From NCBI GenBank assembly GCA_963829055.1, contig CAWHHI010000004.1, forward strand, positions 736,001-800,000: a DNA stretch of 64,000 bases. Reading direction: 5' to 3'. The translations under genes and the position numbers were made by a program. The DNA comes from an uncultured Gemmatimonadaceae bacterium. Lineage in GTDB: Bacteria; Gemmatimonadota; Gemmatimonadetes; Gemmatimonadales; Gemmatimonadaceae. Every line of letters starts with the position of its first letter. Positions within the stretch are counted from its first letter, which is position 1. The notes beneath the pieces are model-generated. The model was not told where the DNA came from. It made no database searches and worked only from the letters and a program-made list of their open reading frames with translations. Of the stretch, positions 62,894-64,000 are shown one piece after another.

Positions 62894-64000
62894 TGACAGC
62901 CTCCGTTGCGTCGATGCCCGCCGCGGGCAGGGTGAAACGAATCTCGGTTCCATCGCCCACCGAGCTACTCGCGTGGACCGCACCATTGTGTGCGAGCACG
63001 GTCTGCCGCGCGATCGCCAGGCCCAGGCCGGTACCGCCAGGTTTATGCGTCACATACGGCTCCCAGATACGAGCCAGGCGATCGGCGGGAATTCCGCAGC
63101 CCGAGTCGCGCACCGAGATGATGATGCCGTCATCGCCATTCCGACGCTCGCGCGCGACTGTGACGCCGATCCGCGCAGGGCGGTCCGGTCGGCTCGTGCG
63201 TTCGGTGCGACACGCGTCCACGGCGTTGAGCAAGACGTTGGACAGCGCGCGGGCGAGTGCATCGTGATGGCCGCGAACCATAGGTACGTCTCCCTCGACG
63301 CGAACATTGGCTTCCACATCAGGAGGGACCGACGCCCTGGTCGTGTAGCGCACGAGCTCTGCGACATTGATCTCTGCCGCCGGACCCTCGGGGAGTCGCC
63401 CGAACTGCGAGAAGCTGCGCGCCATGTCTTCGAGCCGCTTCGACTCCACGTCCAGCACATCGACCGCATCGGAGACCGATGCCGGCGCTTCGCGCCGCAG
63501 GCGCGCGATCGCGAAGCGAATGGGGGTCAGCGGATTCTTCAGCTCGTGCGCCACTTGTCTCGCTGATTCACGGAAGGCACGTAGACGTTCAGCATCGATT
63601 TCACGAGCACGTGCGTCTCGCAGCTCGCGCGCGACGGACCGCATGCGAGACCGTAGCACCGCGAACTCCGGCGCGCCCTTTCGCGCCACTCCTTCGGGAA
63701 GCTCCTCGCCTCGCCCGAGCCGATCGGTCCAGCCGACCAATTCGTCGATTGGGCGGCTGAGCTGGCGACTCAGGTGACCTGCCACGCGCGATGCCACCAC
63801 GATCAACAATCCCATCGCGATAACGGCGATCAACGCGATCACCGGCACCGCGCGCTGGGCAATGAACCCGAACCGTCGAGCCTGCGTGAGCGATTCCTGG
63901 AGCTCGAGCTCATGAGCCCGAAGCGCCGCTCGGTCAGCCGGCGAAAGCGGCGCCTGCTGCGCCGCCGCTATCGCTCTGCCGCCGGTCGTGGCCGCGCGTT
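62877..64000 (-). CDS. Membrane sensor histidine kinase with HAMP domain (NtrY-like), 5' partial
   Basis: Frame open to the window end; TM, HAMP, RQVAHELKNPLTPI, NVLLNAVDA, DSGCGI, GTGLGL. Confidence 0.92.
   Translation of the reverse strand, partial: RAATTGGRAIAAAQQAPLSPADRAALRAHELELQESLTQARRFGFIAQRAVPVIALIAVIAMGLLIVVASRVAGHLSRQLSRPIDELVGWTDRLGRGEELPEGVARKGAPEFAVLRSRMRSVARELRDARAREIDAERLRAFRESARQVAHELKNPLTPIRFAIARLRREAPASVSDAVDVLDVESKRLEDMARSFSQFGRLPEGPAAEINVAELVRYTTRASVPPDVEANVRVEGDVPMVRGHHDALARALSNVLLNAVDACRTERTSRPDRPARIGVTVARERRNGDDGIIISVRDSGCGIPADRLARIWEPYVTHKPGGTGLGLAIARQTVLAHNGAVHASSSVGDGTEIRFTLPAAGIDATEAVSADSR

Overview
High-GC (roughly 67-68% by eye), diderm bacterial chromosome segment. 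Gene content and order (TamB, LPS genes, PorX-like regulator, sigma54 regulators, ruv-que-def-fmt-rsmB-PASTA-rpe cluster) suggest Gemmatimonadota; this is inference, not a database match. About 60 CDS, mostly housekeeping or envelope genes. No rRNA, tRNA, CRISPR, integrase or transposase was seen. About 11 genes, including fmt, carry single-base frameshifts that look like long-read assembly errors. The most unusual signals are: (1) a non-palindromic heptamer CGTTAGG/CCTAACG seen at least 42 times on both strands, mostly inside genes via rare codons; (2) four tandem paralogous small membrane/coiled-coil proteins sharing an 'EVERxxEGQRF' motif, wedged between a histidine kinase and its sigma54 response regulator, upstream of an Omp85-like barrel with a bactofilin-like N-terminus; (3) two inverted ~240-nt hairpin units with a conserved apical core and diverged but still complementary arms; (4) several repeat families (GGGA-heptamer/G4-type arrays, a 45-nt element, GTCATTCCGAGCG REP-like elements), one inserted in frame into tgt; (5) a PorX-like REC-PglZ protein heading an LPS operon, next to an N-terminally truncated DnaB paralog.
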